DNA of 64,000 nucleotides from Candidatus Woesebacteria bacterium (lineage in GTDB: Bacteria; Patescibacteriota; Microgenomatia; UBA8517): assembly GCA_016432365.1 (NCBI GenBank), contig CP066686.1, positions 938,918 to 1,002,917 of the forward strand, given 5' to 3'. Below, piece after piece: positions 23,355 through 33,548 of the stretch. The position numbers and the translations under genes are program-made. How positions within the stretch are numbered: position 1 is the stretch's first letter; each line of letters opens with the position of its first letter. The notes under the pieces were generated by a model. The model was not told the origin of the DNA and made no database searches. It worked only from the letters and a program-made list of their open reading frames with translations.

Positions 23355-26300
23355 ATGACTGCCAATCATTTACGAATTCAGGAAGCTGCTAATATTTTAG
23401 GTATTTCCTCTAAAACCTTACGCCGGTGGAATAAAAGTGGAAAACTGGTTCCCGAACAAATAAGCCACGGCGGGCAACGCTTCTATACAAAAGAACAACT
23501 AATCAACTTTCGATCTCTAAACACCAAAACCAATTTAATCCCCAATCCCCAACCAAAACAGACAGGAAATGATTTCAAAACCAGCCACCTATTGCCAACA
23601 ATCGGTTTTGTTTTGTTGTGGTCAATCCTTTTTACAATTCTTGGTCTTGGTTCTCTGTTTACTGTATCAGCTGTTGGAGGCCAATCAGACATACTGTCCG
23701 CTTTGTTAAATCCACCCGCTACTCTACCCAAAAATATAACCAAGGCTGATATAAATAGTCCCTCAGTTTTAGCTGCCGAAAGTATAATCCCCGCCTACAC
23801 TTTCAATGTTAACTTGCCTGCTAAGTTTTCCGACAGTGTCACTTTTTTGGAAGATATAACTGTTCCCAATGTAATCTACAGCCTTAAAGCCGGGGATGGC
23901 ATTAGTATCACAACCGGTCAAACACCAACTATTAAAAGTACTGTAGCACTTACTGCCGGCGATGGTATTACAATTGACGGGTTTAAAGTTACAAACAGCA
24001 GTCTTGGTTCTTCACAAAACATTTTTAAGACTATTTCAGTATCAGGACAGTCTGATGTTGTAACTGATACGAACACAGATACGCTTACTTTTGCAGGAAG
24101 TGGTGTAACCATCACCACTGATGCTACAGCTGACAAGATTACCTTTACTGCGGTGGAACCTGATTATACGTTGTCCGGATGGACCGACTCCGGAACGAGC
24201 GTGGGGCTTACAACGACAACTGATTCGGTCGTGGTCGATGGATTAACGTTTGGCAACGCCACCATTACCAGTGGGAAAAAGATTCTTCCCAGTGTCGACC
24301 TGGGAGCAGATTTGGGATCTTCGTCGTATCGGTTTAACAATCTATATGTTGCAAATATTAATTCCAATTCCTCCCAAAGTTTCTCCGGACAAACAACGTT
24401 TTCCTACGAACCTACAGCTACGACGCTTACTCAAGCCTCTGTTCTTATCAACCCCACGACATCGGTCGCCAACGGCCAGCTCCTGGCGTTAGGTATTGCC
24501 GGATACCAGAAAGCGTTGATTGATGAAGATGGAGATATTATTCTGGGTTACTCCGACGCCACGAGCGCACCCGCGTCGGATTACCCGCTCAATATCTACG
24601 GCCACAGCGGTACTCAGGTAGCATATATTGATACTACCGGGTTGGCCAATGTCCAAACATTAAATCTCGCCAATAACGCAATAACTTCAGGTGGCGCACT
24701 TACGATTACTCCGGCAGCTGGATCAAATCTAAATGTAGCTCTCTCGACAACCGGAGATCTTGCCGTTAACACTGATGATTTGTATGTGGATACTTCAACA
24801 GGAAGGGTAGGAATAGGAACAACAACTCCAGAAACGCCTCTTCAAGTAAAATTAGAGGGATTAGCATTAAAGCTTGGCTTTAGTGGTTCTGGTGGTAATA
24901 GTTCTTATATGAGCTATAACGGCTATGGCTTTATGGGTTATGACTATAACGGAGGAAATCTCAACATGATTGTTCAGGGTGTTTCTGGTACAGGAATTGA
25001 ATTTAACGTTAATAACTCCACCTTTGGTTCCGGCACAGTCATGCAGATACTCACGAATGGTAATGTTGGTATCGGCACCACTGCCCCCACCAGTAAACTC
25101 CACGTCTCCGGTGCGGTTACCGGCAAAGCACTGGCAATTTTTGACGAAACTGGTGACCAGAATATTTTGGTCGCTTCGGCATCAGGAAGTCCGAAATTTG
25201 TTATTGACCACTCTGGCAACGTTGGTATAGGCACAACTACTCCTGGCACTTGGGGTAAATTAGAAATAGTAACAGGTAGCATCTCTTACTTCTTCAGCAC
25301 TGGAGGACTTGGTACAACTGGCAACGTTAATCCCTGGTATGTCAGTTATACCAACGGACCCAGTAATGGATCCACGATGTATTTGGCTAGTAATTACATG
25401 CGACTCTACGGCGGCTCAACCGGCACCAATGGAACTCTACAAATGTATACAGGCTCTACCGAAAAAATGCGCATTGATGGATCCGGCCTTGTCGGTATCG
25501 GCACCACCTCTCCCACCTCTCTACTTCATGTTTCTGGCAAAGTAACTGGAAAAGCATTGGCTATTTTTGATGAAACCGGGGATCAAGATATTTTTACAGC
25601 TTCCGGTTCAGGGACGACCAGACTTCAGTTGTCGCATGCCGGTACTTTGACTTCATGGGGGTCGATTGTCACAAATGGAACAGAAAACGGAGGAACAGGA
25701 ACTGGATTAATTACCATTAATAACTCTGGCGGCCTTGATTTGTACGTGGCTGTTGGTAGTGGCGCCTATATTACCGCCAGACCATCATACCCGCTGTATA
25801 TTACCAGCGGTATTTTGACGGTCAATTCAGGAACAAGCGATATGTACTTTAAGCAGAACTCAGTTACACCTATTACAAGTGAGGGCACCGGGGCTGTTGC
25901 AAACACTCTTTATCTCAAAACTGGCAATGTAGGTATTGGCACAACGAACCCGGCTTCTAAGCTATCAGTGATTGGCTCAGGTTCTGGAGAGACTGTTATT
26001 CAAGTTACCTCTGGTGTTTCGGGATCAACGTCCTCCGACGGTTTTTTCTTGGGGTATGCTGCTGATAACAACATATTAGTATGGGGAAAAGATGGAAACA
26101 GTATTAAATTTGGCACTACCGACATTGAAAGACTAAGACTGAGTAATGCAGGAGGATTGTCATTAGGAGATTCAACATGGAATGGGACTGATCCCGGTGT
26201 CGGAAGTATGGCTATACAATCAAAACTGGGAATTGGAACCTCAAGTCCTACCAGTAAACTTCACTTAACAGGTGCTGTCACAGGCAAGGCGCTTGCCATT

Positions 26301-27659
26301 TTTGATGAAACTGGGGACCAGAATATTTTAGTCGCATCAGCATCTGGGACAAATCGGTTGACGCTAACAAACGCTGGTAGATTGGGAGTTGGAACCTCAA
26401 GTCCCACTGCAATATTACATACAAATGGCACAAACCAATATTTGGGAGAGTTCGATTATTCAGGGTCTCCGGTATTTACAGTGTATTTAGTTACCGGGGG
26501 TCAAATGGGACTTTTTTCTGGTTCGAACAGTTTAGGACTTAGTGCCAGTTCTCCTACCGGAAACCCTCATATGACAATTGCCACGACGGGAAATGTTGGA
26601 ATAGGGACTAGCATAACCAATCCTACTTCGAAACTCCATGTTGGGGGTAGTGTAACAGGCAAAGCCCTGGCGATTTTTGATGAAACCGGAGATCAGAATA
26701 TAATCACAGCCAGCGCATCAGGAGTTGGTAAATTTGTTGTAACTCGAGCAGGAAGTGTTGGTATCGGTACCACTAATCCCACTTCCGCGAGTGGGTTTGC
26801 TCCCTTGTTACATATTGCAGGTGATAATCCTGGCATAGTACTACAAGGGCCTGGCACATACGAGGTCGGTGCAGGATCAACCGGTGGAGTTAAATGGTTA
26901 TATATTGGAGACAGTTCTGCATCAATGAGATGGGGTGTAAATGGTGTTGGTGTTGGACCTGATAACTCACCAGACTACTTCTTTGATGTTCAGGGTAATT
27001 TACACGCTGATGGAACTGTATCTATCGATACTTTAGGGACAGGCACTGTATATAGTAATGCCGGAGTGTTAACTAACGTCGATCCATCTGATAAAAATCT
27101 TAAACAAAACATTGTGGATCTAAGTAGTGGTACTTTGGAAAAGGTGCTTGGATTAAAACCTGTATCATATAACTGGAAATCAACAGACGATGGAGCTTTA
27201 GGATTTATTGCACAAGATGTAGAGCAAGTATTCCCGGAGCTCGTCGGACACAACAACGACGGAACACTGGGATTATTTACCACCCAGTTCATACCGGTGC
27301 TTACTAAGGCCATACAAGAACAACAGCTACAGATTGACGAGATAAAGCTTTCAAGTGCAAGTGCGACAATAACCAACAGCGACTGGGGCGCACTAACAAG
27401 CTTGGTGAATTCGATTAAAACAACATTAAGCGAAGTCCAAGAAAAACTGACCGCCATGGCTGATGAAATATTTACTAAAAAGATTCATACGGAAGAGATT
27501 TGTGTAGGAACGGTGAATAATGAGACCTGTGTCAATAAAGAACAATTGGATAGTGTAATAAAGTTATTACCTACACCCACTCCTCTGCCAACAGCTGCAC
27601 CAAACGCCACAGATTCTGCAGAGCTCGTTACCCCTAGCCCTACACCAACTTCTGATTGA
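23355..27659 (+). CDS. Giant membrane-anchored tail-fibre-like protein: MerR-type HTH, TM, GNVGIGTT repeats, peptidase S74 chaperone
   Basis: IQEAANILGISSKTLRRW; TM ~80-105; 4x TGKALAIFDETGDQ; SDKNLKQNI...GFIAQDVEQVFPELV; coiled coil; PT-rich tail. Confidence 0.9.
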   Translation: MTANHLRIQEAANILGISSKTLRRWNKSGKLVPEQISHGGQRFYTKEQLINFRSLNTKTNLIPNPQPKQTGNDFKTSHLLPTIGFVLLWSILFTILGLGSLFTVSAVGGQSDILSALLNPPATLPKNITKADINSPSVLAAESIIPAYTFNVNLPAKFSDSVTFLEDITVPNVIYSLKAGDGISITTGQTPTIKSTVALTAGDGITIDGFKVTNSSLGSSQNIFKTISVSGQSDVVTDTNTDTLTFAGSGVTITTDATADKITFTAVEPDYTLSGWTDSGTSVGLTTTTDSVVVDGLTFGNATITSGKKILPSVDLGADLGSSSYRFNNLYVANINSNSSQSFSGQTTFSYEPTATTLTQASVLINPTTSVANGQLLALGIAGYQKALIDEDGDIILGYSDATSAPASDYPLNIYGHSGTQVAYIDTTGLANVQTLNLANNAITSGGALTITPAAGSNLNVALSTTGDLAVNTDDLYVDTSTGRVGIGTTTPETPLQVKLEGLALKLGFSGSGGNSSYMSYNGYGFMGYDYNGGNLNMIVQGVSGTGIEFNVNNSTFGSGTVMQILTNGNVGIGTTAPTSKLHVSGAVTGKALAIFDETGDQNILVASASGSPKFVIDHSGNVGIGTTTPGTWGKLEIVTGSISYFFSTGGLGTTGNVNPWYVSYTNGPSNGSTMYLASNYMRLYGGSTGTNGTLQMYTGSTEKMRIDGSGLVGIGTTSPTSLLHVSGKVTGKALAIFDETGDQDIFTASGSGTTRLQLSHAGTLTSWGSIVTNGTENGGTGTGLITINNSGGLDLYVAVGSGAYITARPSYPLYITSGILTVNSGTSDMYFKQNSVTPITSEGTGAVANTLYLKTGNVGIGTTNPASKLSVIGSGSGETVIQVTSGVSGSTSSDGFFLGYAADNNILVWGKDGNSIKFGTTDIERLRLSNAGGLSLGDSTWNGTDPGVGSMAIQSKLGIGTSSPTSKLHLTGAVTGKALAIFDETGDQNILVASASGTNRLTLTNAGRLGVGTSSPTAILHTNGTNQYLGEFDYSGSPVFTVYLVTGGQMGLFSGSNSLGLSASSPTGNPHMTIATTGNVGIGTSITNPTSKLHVGGSVTGKALAIFDETGDQNIITASASGVGKFVVTRAGSVGIGTTNPTSASGFAPLLHIAGDNPGIVLQGPGTYEVGAGSTGGVKWLYIGDSSASMRWGVNGVGVGPDNSPDYFFDVQGNLHADGTVSIDTLGTGTVYSNAGVLTNVDPSDKNLKQNIVDLSSGTLEKVLGLKPVSYNWKSTDDGALGFIAQDVEQVFPELVGHNNDGTLGLFTTQFIPVLTKAIQEQQLQIDEIKLSSASATITNSDWGALTSLVNSIKTTLSEVQEKLTAMADEIFTKKIHTEEICVGTVNNETCVNKEQLDSVIKLLPTPTPLPTAAPNATDSAELVTPSPTPTSD

Positions 27660-27707
27660 TATTTATTAAAATATGTACAATAATCAGAAGACAAAACTTA
27701 GACATAT

Positions 27708-28460
27708 ATGGAACAAGAAGAAAAAAAGTTACCCAGAAAAATATCTTTTAAAATAATTTTGACTGCAGTTGCAGTCCTTCTTATTTTATGCGGTGCCGCA
27801 GGAACATACTATTTCTATAACCAAAACCAAAAGGCGTTGCAACTTCTAAAAGACCCTACAGCAGCACAAAAAGAAGAAGTCAAAACGATACTGGCCAAGC
27901 TATCGATACTGATAGAACTACCCCAGGACGAAGAACCTCAAGTTGCAACCGTATTGGATTACAGCAAACTCAAGGACCAGACATTTTTTGCCAAGGCCCA
28001 AAATGGCGACAAAGTCTTGATTTATACAAAGGCCGGCAAAGCAATCTTATATAGGCCAAGCACGAACAAAATAATAGAAGTGGGCCCTATTAGTTTAGGG
28101 CAAAACCAGGAAGCGCCTATTAAAGTGGCCGTTTACAATGGAACAAACATCGCAGGACTTTCCAATACTTTTGCTACCAATATAGTAAAAACTGCATCAA
28201 ATGTGAATGTTGTTACTAGGGCAAACGCCGCAAATAAATACGAAAGGACTATAGTTGTTGATTTAACAAATAAAGAAGGACTTGCAAAACAAATGGCTGA
28301 TCTTATTGGAGGTACCGTATCAACACTCCCCGAAGGCGAGGTAAAGCCAGCAGATGCTACCATAGATCTCTTGATAATACTTGGAACAAACTATACCGGT
28401 TTATCCGCCCCAGCGCCGGCTTCCCCATCTATAGCTCCAACAGCAACCCCAACCCAATAG
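27708..28460 (+). CDS. Single-TM protein with LytR C-terminal domain
   Basis: FFAKAQNGDKVLIY domain, then VAVYNGTNIAGLS...DLLIILGTNY. Confidence 0.8.
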   Translation: MEQEEKKLPRKISFKIILTAVAVLLILCGAAGTYYFYNQNQKALQLLKDPTAAQKEEVKTILAKLSILIELPQDEEPQVATVLDYSKLKDQTFFAKAQNGDKVLIYTKAGKAILYRPSTNKIIEVGPISLGQNQEAPIKVAVYNGTNIAGLSNTFATNIVKTASNVNVVTRANAANKYERTIVVDLTNKEGLAKQMADLIGGTVSTLPEGEVKPADATIDLLIILGTNYTGLSAPAPASPSIAPTATPTQ

Positions 28461-28481
28461 TCAATTTTTATTTATAAGTTT

Positions 28482-29216
28482 TCAGTTTAGATACTTATCT
28501 ATGAACCCTTCTATTACTTTATTTACTTCCTCAACTATCTCCCGATGGCGGCGATAGCCGTGATCTGAATTTAACTCGTGGAGCATTTTTGGCATCGGAA
28601 TAGATTCATATATTTCTTCAATTTCTTTCGGTGTGTAGTACCTGTCGTCAGTTCCTGAAAATAATAATTTTGGTTTTTGGCACTTTTTTAAAACAGCCAA
28701 AGTATCAAATTTTTCTCCATCCTTAAAATATTCAATAGGTAGAGCAAATTCTTTCTGTTCCTTGGTCCTTTCACTACCAGGTGGAATATCCCTATGCTCA
28801 ATCTGAACTCCATCTTTGACAGACTTGGGAGGTGTAGGCGGTTCATACGAAGACATTACCAAAATGATACCGATTACATTTGGATTAACACTTGCCAATA
28901 TGGCCACATTTCCACCTCGAGAGTGACCCAATAATAAGGTCGGTTTGTTACCGTAATATTCAATTAATTCATTAACAGCTTTAAGATAGTTGGTGGTTGT
29001 AAAAAGTTCAATCCCTCCAGGACTTTCCCAGGTGCCGGGCGGATCAACCGCCACAGTATAAAAACCCTTGCCGGCCAAATATTCCTGATGGCTAACAAAA
29101 TTAGCATAATCCTTGGTATCAAGCTTACCGGGAAGCATGATGACGACTCTTTCTGAGTTTTTACCCCCTCTTGTATTAACGGCCAGTTCAAAAGATGTAG
29201 TTTTGATCAAGTTCAT
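28482..29216 (-). CDS. Alpha/beta hydrolase
   Basis: GHSRGG nucleophile elbow; GTDD; SDH. Confidence 0.9.
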   Translation of the reverse strand: MNLIKTTSFELAVNTRGGKNSERVVIMLPGKLDTKDYANFVSHQEYLAGKGFYTVAVDPPGTWESPGGIELFTTTNYLKAVNELIEYYGNKPTLLLGHSRGGNVAILASVNPNVIGIILVMSSYEPPTPPKSVKDGVQIEHRDIPPGSERTKEQKEFALPIEYFKDGEKFDTLAVLKKCQKPKLLFSGTDDRYYTPKEIEEIYESIPMPKMLHELNSDHGYRRHREIVEEVNKVIEGFIDKYLN

Positions 29217-29233
29217 AAGGAAAGTATACCAAA

Positions 29234-29326
29234 TTGATCCTTTTAAAATTCTGAATGCATCATGATCCTGAGCCTGTCGAAGGAGAAGTCTGGGACTGAG
29301 GTAGTCTGAGGCTTACGAAGGATCAA
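29234..29326. repeat. REP-like palindrome cluster (CCTGAGCCTGTCGAAGG family)
   Basis: TCCTGAGCCTGTCGAAGGA at 29266-29284 within an outer stem TTGATCCTT/AAGGATCAA; core recurs at 29832 and 50944. Confidence 0.65.
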
Positions 29327-29365
29327 AGACTTGATTATTTTGACTTATAGTGTAGAATACCACAT

Positions 29366-29680
29366 ATGAAAGAACTAGAAAGACCTGCTGTCACAGGCAG
29401 AGGGCTGCCTATTGTCACAAGTGAAACATTTAATAAAATCCTAGATGCAGACAGGAAGGGTTCGGAGCCGTGGGGAGAAATGCTCAACAGAGTTAAAGAC
29501 AGATTAGTTAAAGAACAGCCCGTGTTGGCAAGATTTCTTGAAAGTCAGGGGTCGAAATTTGAACCCGAAGAAATGCTCCACATTATCGAAGTTGCTATAG
29601 GGGTCTATGCCCTTTTGGAGCAACAGGCCAACATCAACAAAATGTCAGATACTTTCTCCGTAACCCCCGAGTCAAAATAA
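29366..29680 (+). CDS. Hypothetical helical protein (leaderless)
   Basis: ATG 7 nt after TAGAAT. Confidence 0.7.
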   Translation: MKELERPAVTGRGLPIVTSETFNKILDADRKGSEPWGEMLNRVKDRLVKEQPVLARFLESQGSKFEPEEMLHIIEVAIGVYALLEQQANINKMSDTFSVTPESK

Positions 29681-29743
29681 CTTCGGGGGAAAACCCCAAT
29701 CTCTTTTTGAGAAACCTTGAACAATAAATGAAGCAAATCCTAT

Positions 29744-31048
29744 TTATGCAACTCTCTCTTTTAACGCCCTGTAGTACTTTTGAAGATAATCTTCGGCTTT
29801 GGCCCAATGGGCTTCGACAAACCTCGTAGACCCTGAGCCTGTCGAATGGGCCGCCATTGCCAAATTGCGCTCAACTGCAGCTAAGATCCGTAGGTGTGCC
29901 GCTTTCGCCGCTTGAAACAATGAAATGCGATAGACCTCGGCATAAAGTTCTTTGGCCGTTTGTTCTGCCTCAAAAGACGATTCCACAGAATCCTTGCCGG
30001 CAAGCTCCCTATTCATTTTTACCTCAAGTGAAGCAACAATTTCCGGTTCGAATGCTAATTTGAGTTCGTTTTTGACTAACTGATAAAATTTCTTCATTTT
30101 TCCTTTGGCTTCGGTAAATTTGCTCGCTTTCTCAAAAACAAAAGCCTCAACTAATAATTTTGCTGCTTGGATTGCCAAAGTCTTACTTAACCCGTACTGC
30201 TCTTTTATATGTTTCATCGCATAGTCACGAATGCGGACACCTTCCGGAATATTTTTAAGCCTCCACCAGGAGAGTTCAAGCTTGGCTGCAATTTCTGGAT
30301 TAAATTTTAGGTGCTCTTCTGCGTCATTTCCGCCAAATCTACGTCTGCGGCGGCTAAAATCTAAGACCGCTTCTTTTAACTTCTCGGGAGAGAAGTCAGG
30401 AAAATGATCGTTTTCGAAATAGTACTCAGTATAAGGCGACTGCCACAAAAGCATTCCGCTGGTTCTCTGTTCCCCGCTGGTTCGTATCATCAAATCAACA
30501 TATGGGTAAGGCTGACCTTTTGTATCAAGATAGGTTTCAAACAACTTTTTGTCAATTTTCCCAGCCGGAACTTTGTCTATTACCATCTTTTGGACTGCCC
30601 TAATGATTTCATCGTGCCCGCCGTAATCAATGGCGATGTTCATAATATATTTTTTATTATCTTTTGTTTCCTTTTCCGCTTTGGCGATTTTACTTAGAAG
30701 AAATTTTGGCAATCGGTCTTTTCGTCCCAGATGAATTATTTTTACCTTGTCCTTTTGGGCATCGGCAAGATATTGGTCGATCATCCTGGAATATAGCTTC
30801 ATAAGATAGCCTATTTCCTCTGCCGTTCTATCCCAATTCTCGGTAGAAAAACCCCAAAGGGTGATTGTGTGGATTCCCCAACTTCTTGCAGACCTGCAAA
30901 TTTCAACAGCCGTGTCAAATCCTTTTTTATGCCCTTGAAGAGTGTTAAGTCCCCTTGCCCTTGCCCACCTGCGGTTGCCGTCAGGGATAATGGCAATATG
31001 ATTCGGAACAACCGTGTCTTTGGGGAGCAAAACTTTTGATTCAGCCAT
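29744..31048 (-). CDS. uppS: Undecaprenyl diphosphate synthase with a long C-terminal helical extension
   Basis: HIAIIPDGNRRWA, FSTENW, IRTSGEQRTSG, RRFGG. Confidence 0.95.
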   Translation of the reverse strand: MAESKVLLPKDTVVPNHIAIIPDGNRRWARARGLNTLQGHKKGFDTAVEICRSARSWGIHTITLWGFSTENWDRTAEEIGYLMKLYSRMIDQYLADAQKDKVKIIHLGRKDRLPKFLLSKIAKAEKETKDNKKYIMNIAIDYGGHDEIIRAVQKMVIDKVPAGKIDKKLFETYLDTKGQPYPYVDLMIRTSGEQRTSGMLLWQSPYTEYYFENDHFPDFSPEKLKEAVLDFSRRRRRFGGNDAEEHLKFNPEIAAKLELSWWRLKNIPEGVRIRDYAMKHIKEQYGLSKTLAIQAAKLLVEAFVFEKASKFTEAKGKMKKFYQLVKNELKLAFEPEIVASLEVKMNRELAGKDSVESSFEAEQTAKELYAEVYRISLFQAAKAAHLRILAAVERNLAMAAHSTGSGSTRFVEAHWAKAEDYLQKYYRALKERVA

Positions 31049-31055
31049 ATGCAGA

Positions 31056-31730
31056 TTATATCAGATCAAGGATTGCGTCAGCGATATCGTCCCTGTCTAC
31101 TATAGACCAGCCTTTTTCGTCTGCAATTTCCACAAGTTTGTCATTTGGCTCCATTACAAACGGAAATTCCACTTTATCTAACATTTCAGCATCATTTTCT
31201 GAATCCCCGACTGCAAAAGATCCGCTTTTGCCGTATTTTGTAACCAAGTCGGCAACGACTCCTTTACTCCCAGCCAAACTTAATTCGACCTTACCTGTAA
31301 ATTTACCGTCTTTAACTTCAGCGATTGAAGAGAGGTAATCCTTAAGACCGAACATCGTACATACCCCCTCGCAAGCAAACTGGAAATTGGTGGTTACAAA
31401 ATAAATATCGTATTCTTCTTTAATTTGTGGGATTATTTCTGCGAAGTAGGAAAAGAACTTATCTTTGTTCTCGTCTAAATACTCAGAAGTACTTTCGACT
31501 ATTTCTTTATAATCAATTCCCTTAAGAGCTTCTGCGTAAACTTCAAGCATCTTGTCGGCTGCCTGTTTATAATTTTTTTGACCCGACTTATATTCCTCAA
31601 GAAGTAAATGAACTTTATCCCATGTACCTTTAACAATTAGTCCGCTTTTTTCTTGACTTTGAATCTGCCCAAAAATTACGTGGCCCCCATAGATAACACC
31701 ATCAATATCAAAAAGGGCTAGTTTTTTCAT
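31056..31730 (-). CDS. HAD-IB family phosphatase (SerB-like)
   Basis: FDIDG, VTT, K, VGDSEND motifs. Confidence 0.9.
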   Translation of the reverse strand: MKKLALFDIDGVIYGGHVIFGQIQSQEKSGLIVKGTWDKVHLLLEEYKSGQKNYKQAADKMLEVYAEALKGIDYKEIVESTSEYLDENKDKFFSYFAEIIPQIKEEYDIYFVTTNFQFACEGVCTMFGLKDYLSSIAEVKDGKFTGKVELSLAGSKGVVADLVTKYGKSGSFAVGDSENDAEMLDKVEFPFVMEPNDKLVEIADEKGWSIVDRDDIADAILDLI

Positions 31731-31783
31731 AATTTGTTATACATCATCATGATACCGTATTTGGATTCCAACTAGAGTCAACT

Positions 31784-32110
31784 CTAGTTATTGTTTTCAA
31801 ACGTCGGGGCTTGATAGATATAGAGCTTGATATTCCCCTCAACTTCTTCCCCAACCAGACTGCCGCCCATAATTTCCGAAACCCAAATAGGTCTATTGTT
31901 GTCGGCAGATTTAACGGCCGGATCTGCACGGAATTCTATTCTAACCTGGTCATCCGGCTTAACTTCTCCCGCCTTTACCAAAACAGACACAACTTCTTTG
32001 ATGGCTGCGTCGTCCAATATTTTTCCAAACCAGTCAGGTTCTGTCTCTCTGGCTGTCATTTCATCTGCAAAATCCGCCGGTACACCAACTCTAACAATTC
32101 TTTCTGCCAT
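31784..32110 (-). CDS. Hypothetical protein
   Basis: ATG 8 nt after TATACT. Confidence 0.65.
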   Translation of the reverse strand: MAERIVRVGVPADFADEMTARETEPDWFGKILDDAAIKEVVSVLVKAGEVKPDDQVRIEFRADPAVKSADNNRPIWVSEIMGGSLVGEEVEGNIKLYIYQAPTFENNN

Positions 32111-32143
32111 TTGGCGCTAGTATATCACTATTTTAAATGAACA

Positions 32144-32281
32144 CTAAAGCGTTTCCAGAACATTGTCTTCTCTTTGAATAGACTCTCCCTCAGGTTCGTC
32201 GCCACGGCCTTCATGGCCGTCACCGATTGTACCCAAATCATTATCTAACTGTTCATCAACACCAGTATTTTCGACCGTCAT
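32144..32281 (-). CDS. Small acidic peptide, 45 aa (not in ORF track)
   Basis: AAGGGGGTG SD; MTVENTGVDEQLDNDLGTIGDGHEGRGDEPEGESIQREDNVLETL. Confidence 0.55.
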   Translation of the reverse strand: MTVENTGVDEQLDNDLGTIGDGHEGRGDEPEGESIQREDNVLETL

Positions 32282-32340
32282 TGTTTATACACCCCCTTAA
32301 CAACACACATCTATTAGTCTCCTCTGATATAATTCTCCCC

Positions 32341-32691
32341 ATGGCAAACAAAGAGTCACTACTTGGAGCGCTTTTAACCGAAGAGGTCCAAGGAATTTCC
32401 AAAAAATTAAATTTTTGGGGAAAACCGATCGAACTTCCGACGGGACTTAGCTGGACCAGTGAAAGCCATCTTACCTTGGAAAAATTTCTTGAGGCCAATC
32501 CCCTGCCGGCGAACGCGCGGGATATTCCGCTTTACGGTGCCGCTTGGGAATTCGTTTGGGGAAAAGAGACTCCCAAGGAAATAAAAGAGGCCAAAGAAGT
32601 ACTTTTGATACGTGCCAGAACAGGAATGGAAGTGACCGAAGAGGAAAAAATTTGGCTTAAAATAATAGCCGTCGACACCGACATGTTTTGA
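32341..32691 (+). CDS. Hypothetical protein (leaderless)
   Basis: ATG 7 nt after TATAAT; start MANKES. Confidence 0.65.
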   Translation: MANKESLLGALLTEEVQGISKKLNFWGKPIELPTGLSWTSESHLTLEKFLEANPLPANARDIPLYGAAWEFVWGKETPKEIKEAKEVLLIRARTGMEVTEEEKIWLKIIAVDTDMF

Positions 32692-32696
32692 GGCTG

Positions 32697-33494
32697 TTAT
32701 TTTTTGACAAGCGTCGAGGACAAACGCCCTTTTCCTAAAATAGCATTCATAAGTCCGCCTGCTTTTGTCCCGTTTACAATTTGAGTTTTAATTCCAATTG
32801 TTTTTGCCAGTTTTAAACTTTCTTCTACTTTGTGTAACATTCCTCCTGTTACATCTACATTCCTTGCTCCCAAAATAGACGACTTTAGTTGATCAAAATT
32901 CTTGCTCGTTATGACCGGAATTGTCTTGCCATTTTCGTCGTATACTCCATCGACATCTGTAACATAAATCATGCGGATTTTGTAATTTTTGATTAATTTT
33001 TTAGCGATGATCGAAAGTATTTTTTCTGTAGAAAAAATAGTACATCCCTGTTTTTTATCCATTATTACATCCCCATATATGACAGGGTGCCCCCCTGTCA
33101 GCAAGAGATGCTCGAGTGGATCAATGTAGGATTTAATGGAAATTAGAGTATCAGAAATTATGAAACTTGCAGGGGAAAATGGAAAAACCGGGAGATTTTC
33201 TTTAATAAACTCTTTAATAACGATTGCGTTTAGTTGTCTTGCGGCGTCCTCCACAATACTCATTCCCATCAAACTTTTGGAATTAATGAGGCCTTTTTTT
33301 GTTTGATATTTTTTAGCGGGAGTATGCGCAAAAGACCCTGCGCCATGACCGATAACAATCGCGCCGGAAAACACTTTTAATGCAGCTTTTATCTCCCCGC
33401 CCAGTCTCTTTATATTCTCGGGCCGTACAGTAAACTCCATGGACTTATCAGTAATAACACTTCCCCCGAGTTTTATTAATATTAGTTCTTTCAT
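32697..33494 (-). CDS. Isopentenyl phosphate kinase (amino-acid kinase family)
   Basis: IKLGGSVITDK, GHGAGSFAH, GDV, DVTGGMLHK. Confidence 0.88.
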   Translation of the reverse strand: MKELILIKLGGSVITDKSMEFTVRPENIKRLGGEIKAALKVFSGAIVIGHGAGSFAHTPAKKYQTKKGLINSKSLMGMSIVEDAARQLNAIVIKEFIKENLPVFPFSPASFIISDTLISIKSYIDPLEHLLLTGGHPVIYGDVIMDKKQGCTIFSTEKILSIIAKKLIKNYKIRMIYVTDVDGVYDENGKTIPVITSKNFDQLKSSILGARNVDVTGGMLHKVEESLKLAKTIGIKTQIVNGTKAGGLMNAILGKGRLSSTLVKK

Positions 33495-33548
33495 CCCGCT
33501 ATTCTAACAGATTGATATTAGGTGGTATACTTTTTGATAGTCTCAATT

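Noticed and set aside
25059-26770. DNA-level repeat element inside the fibre gene
   Set aside because: Copies are conserved as protein with many synonymous differences, so they are protein domain repeats
23355-27659. Prophage, suggested by the tail-fibre/S74 protein and the Xis-like HTH at 14927
   Set aside because: No integrase, terminase, capsid or portal genes; the protein has an N-terminal TM anchor and host-type neighbours
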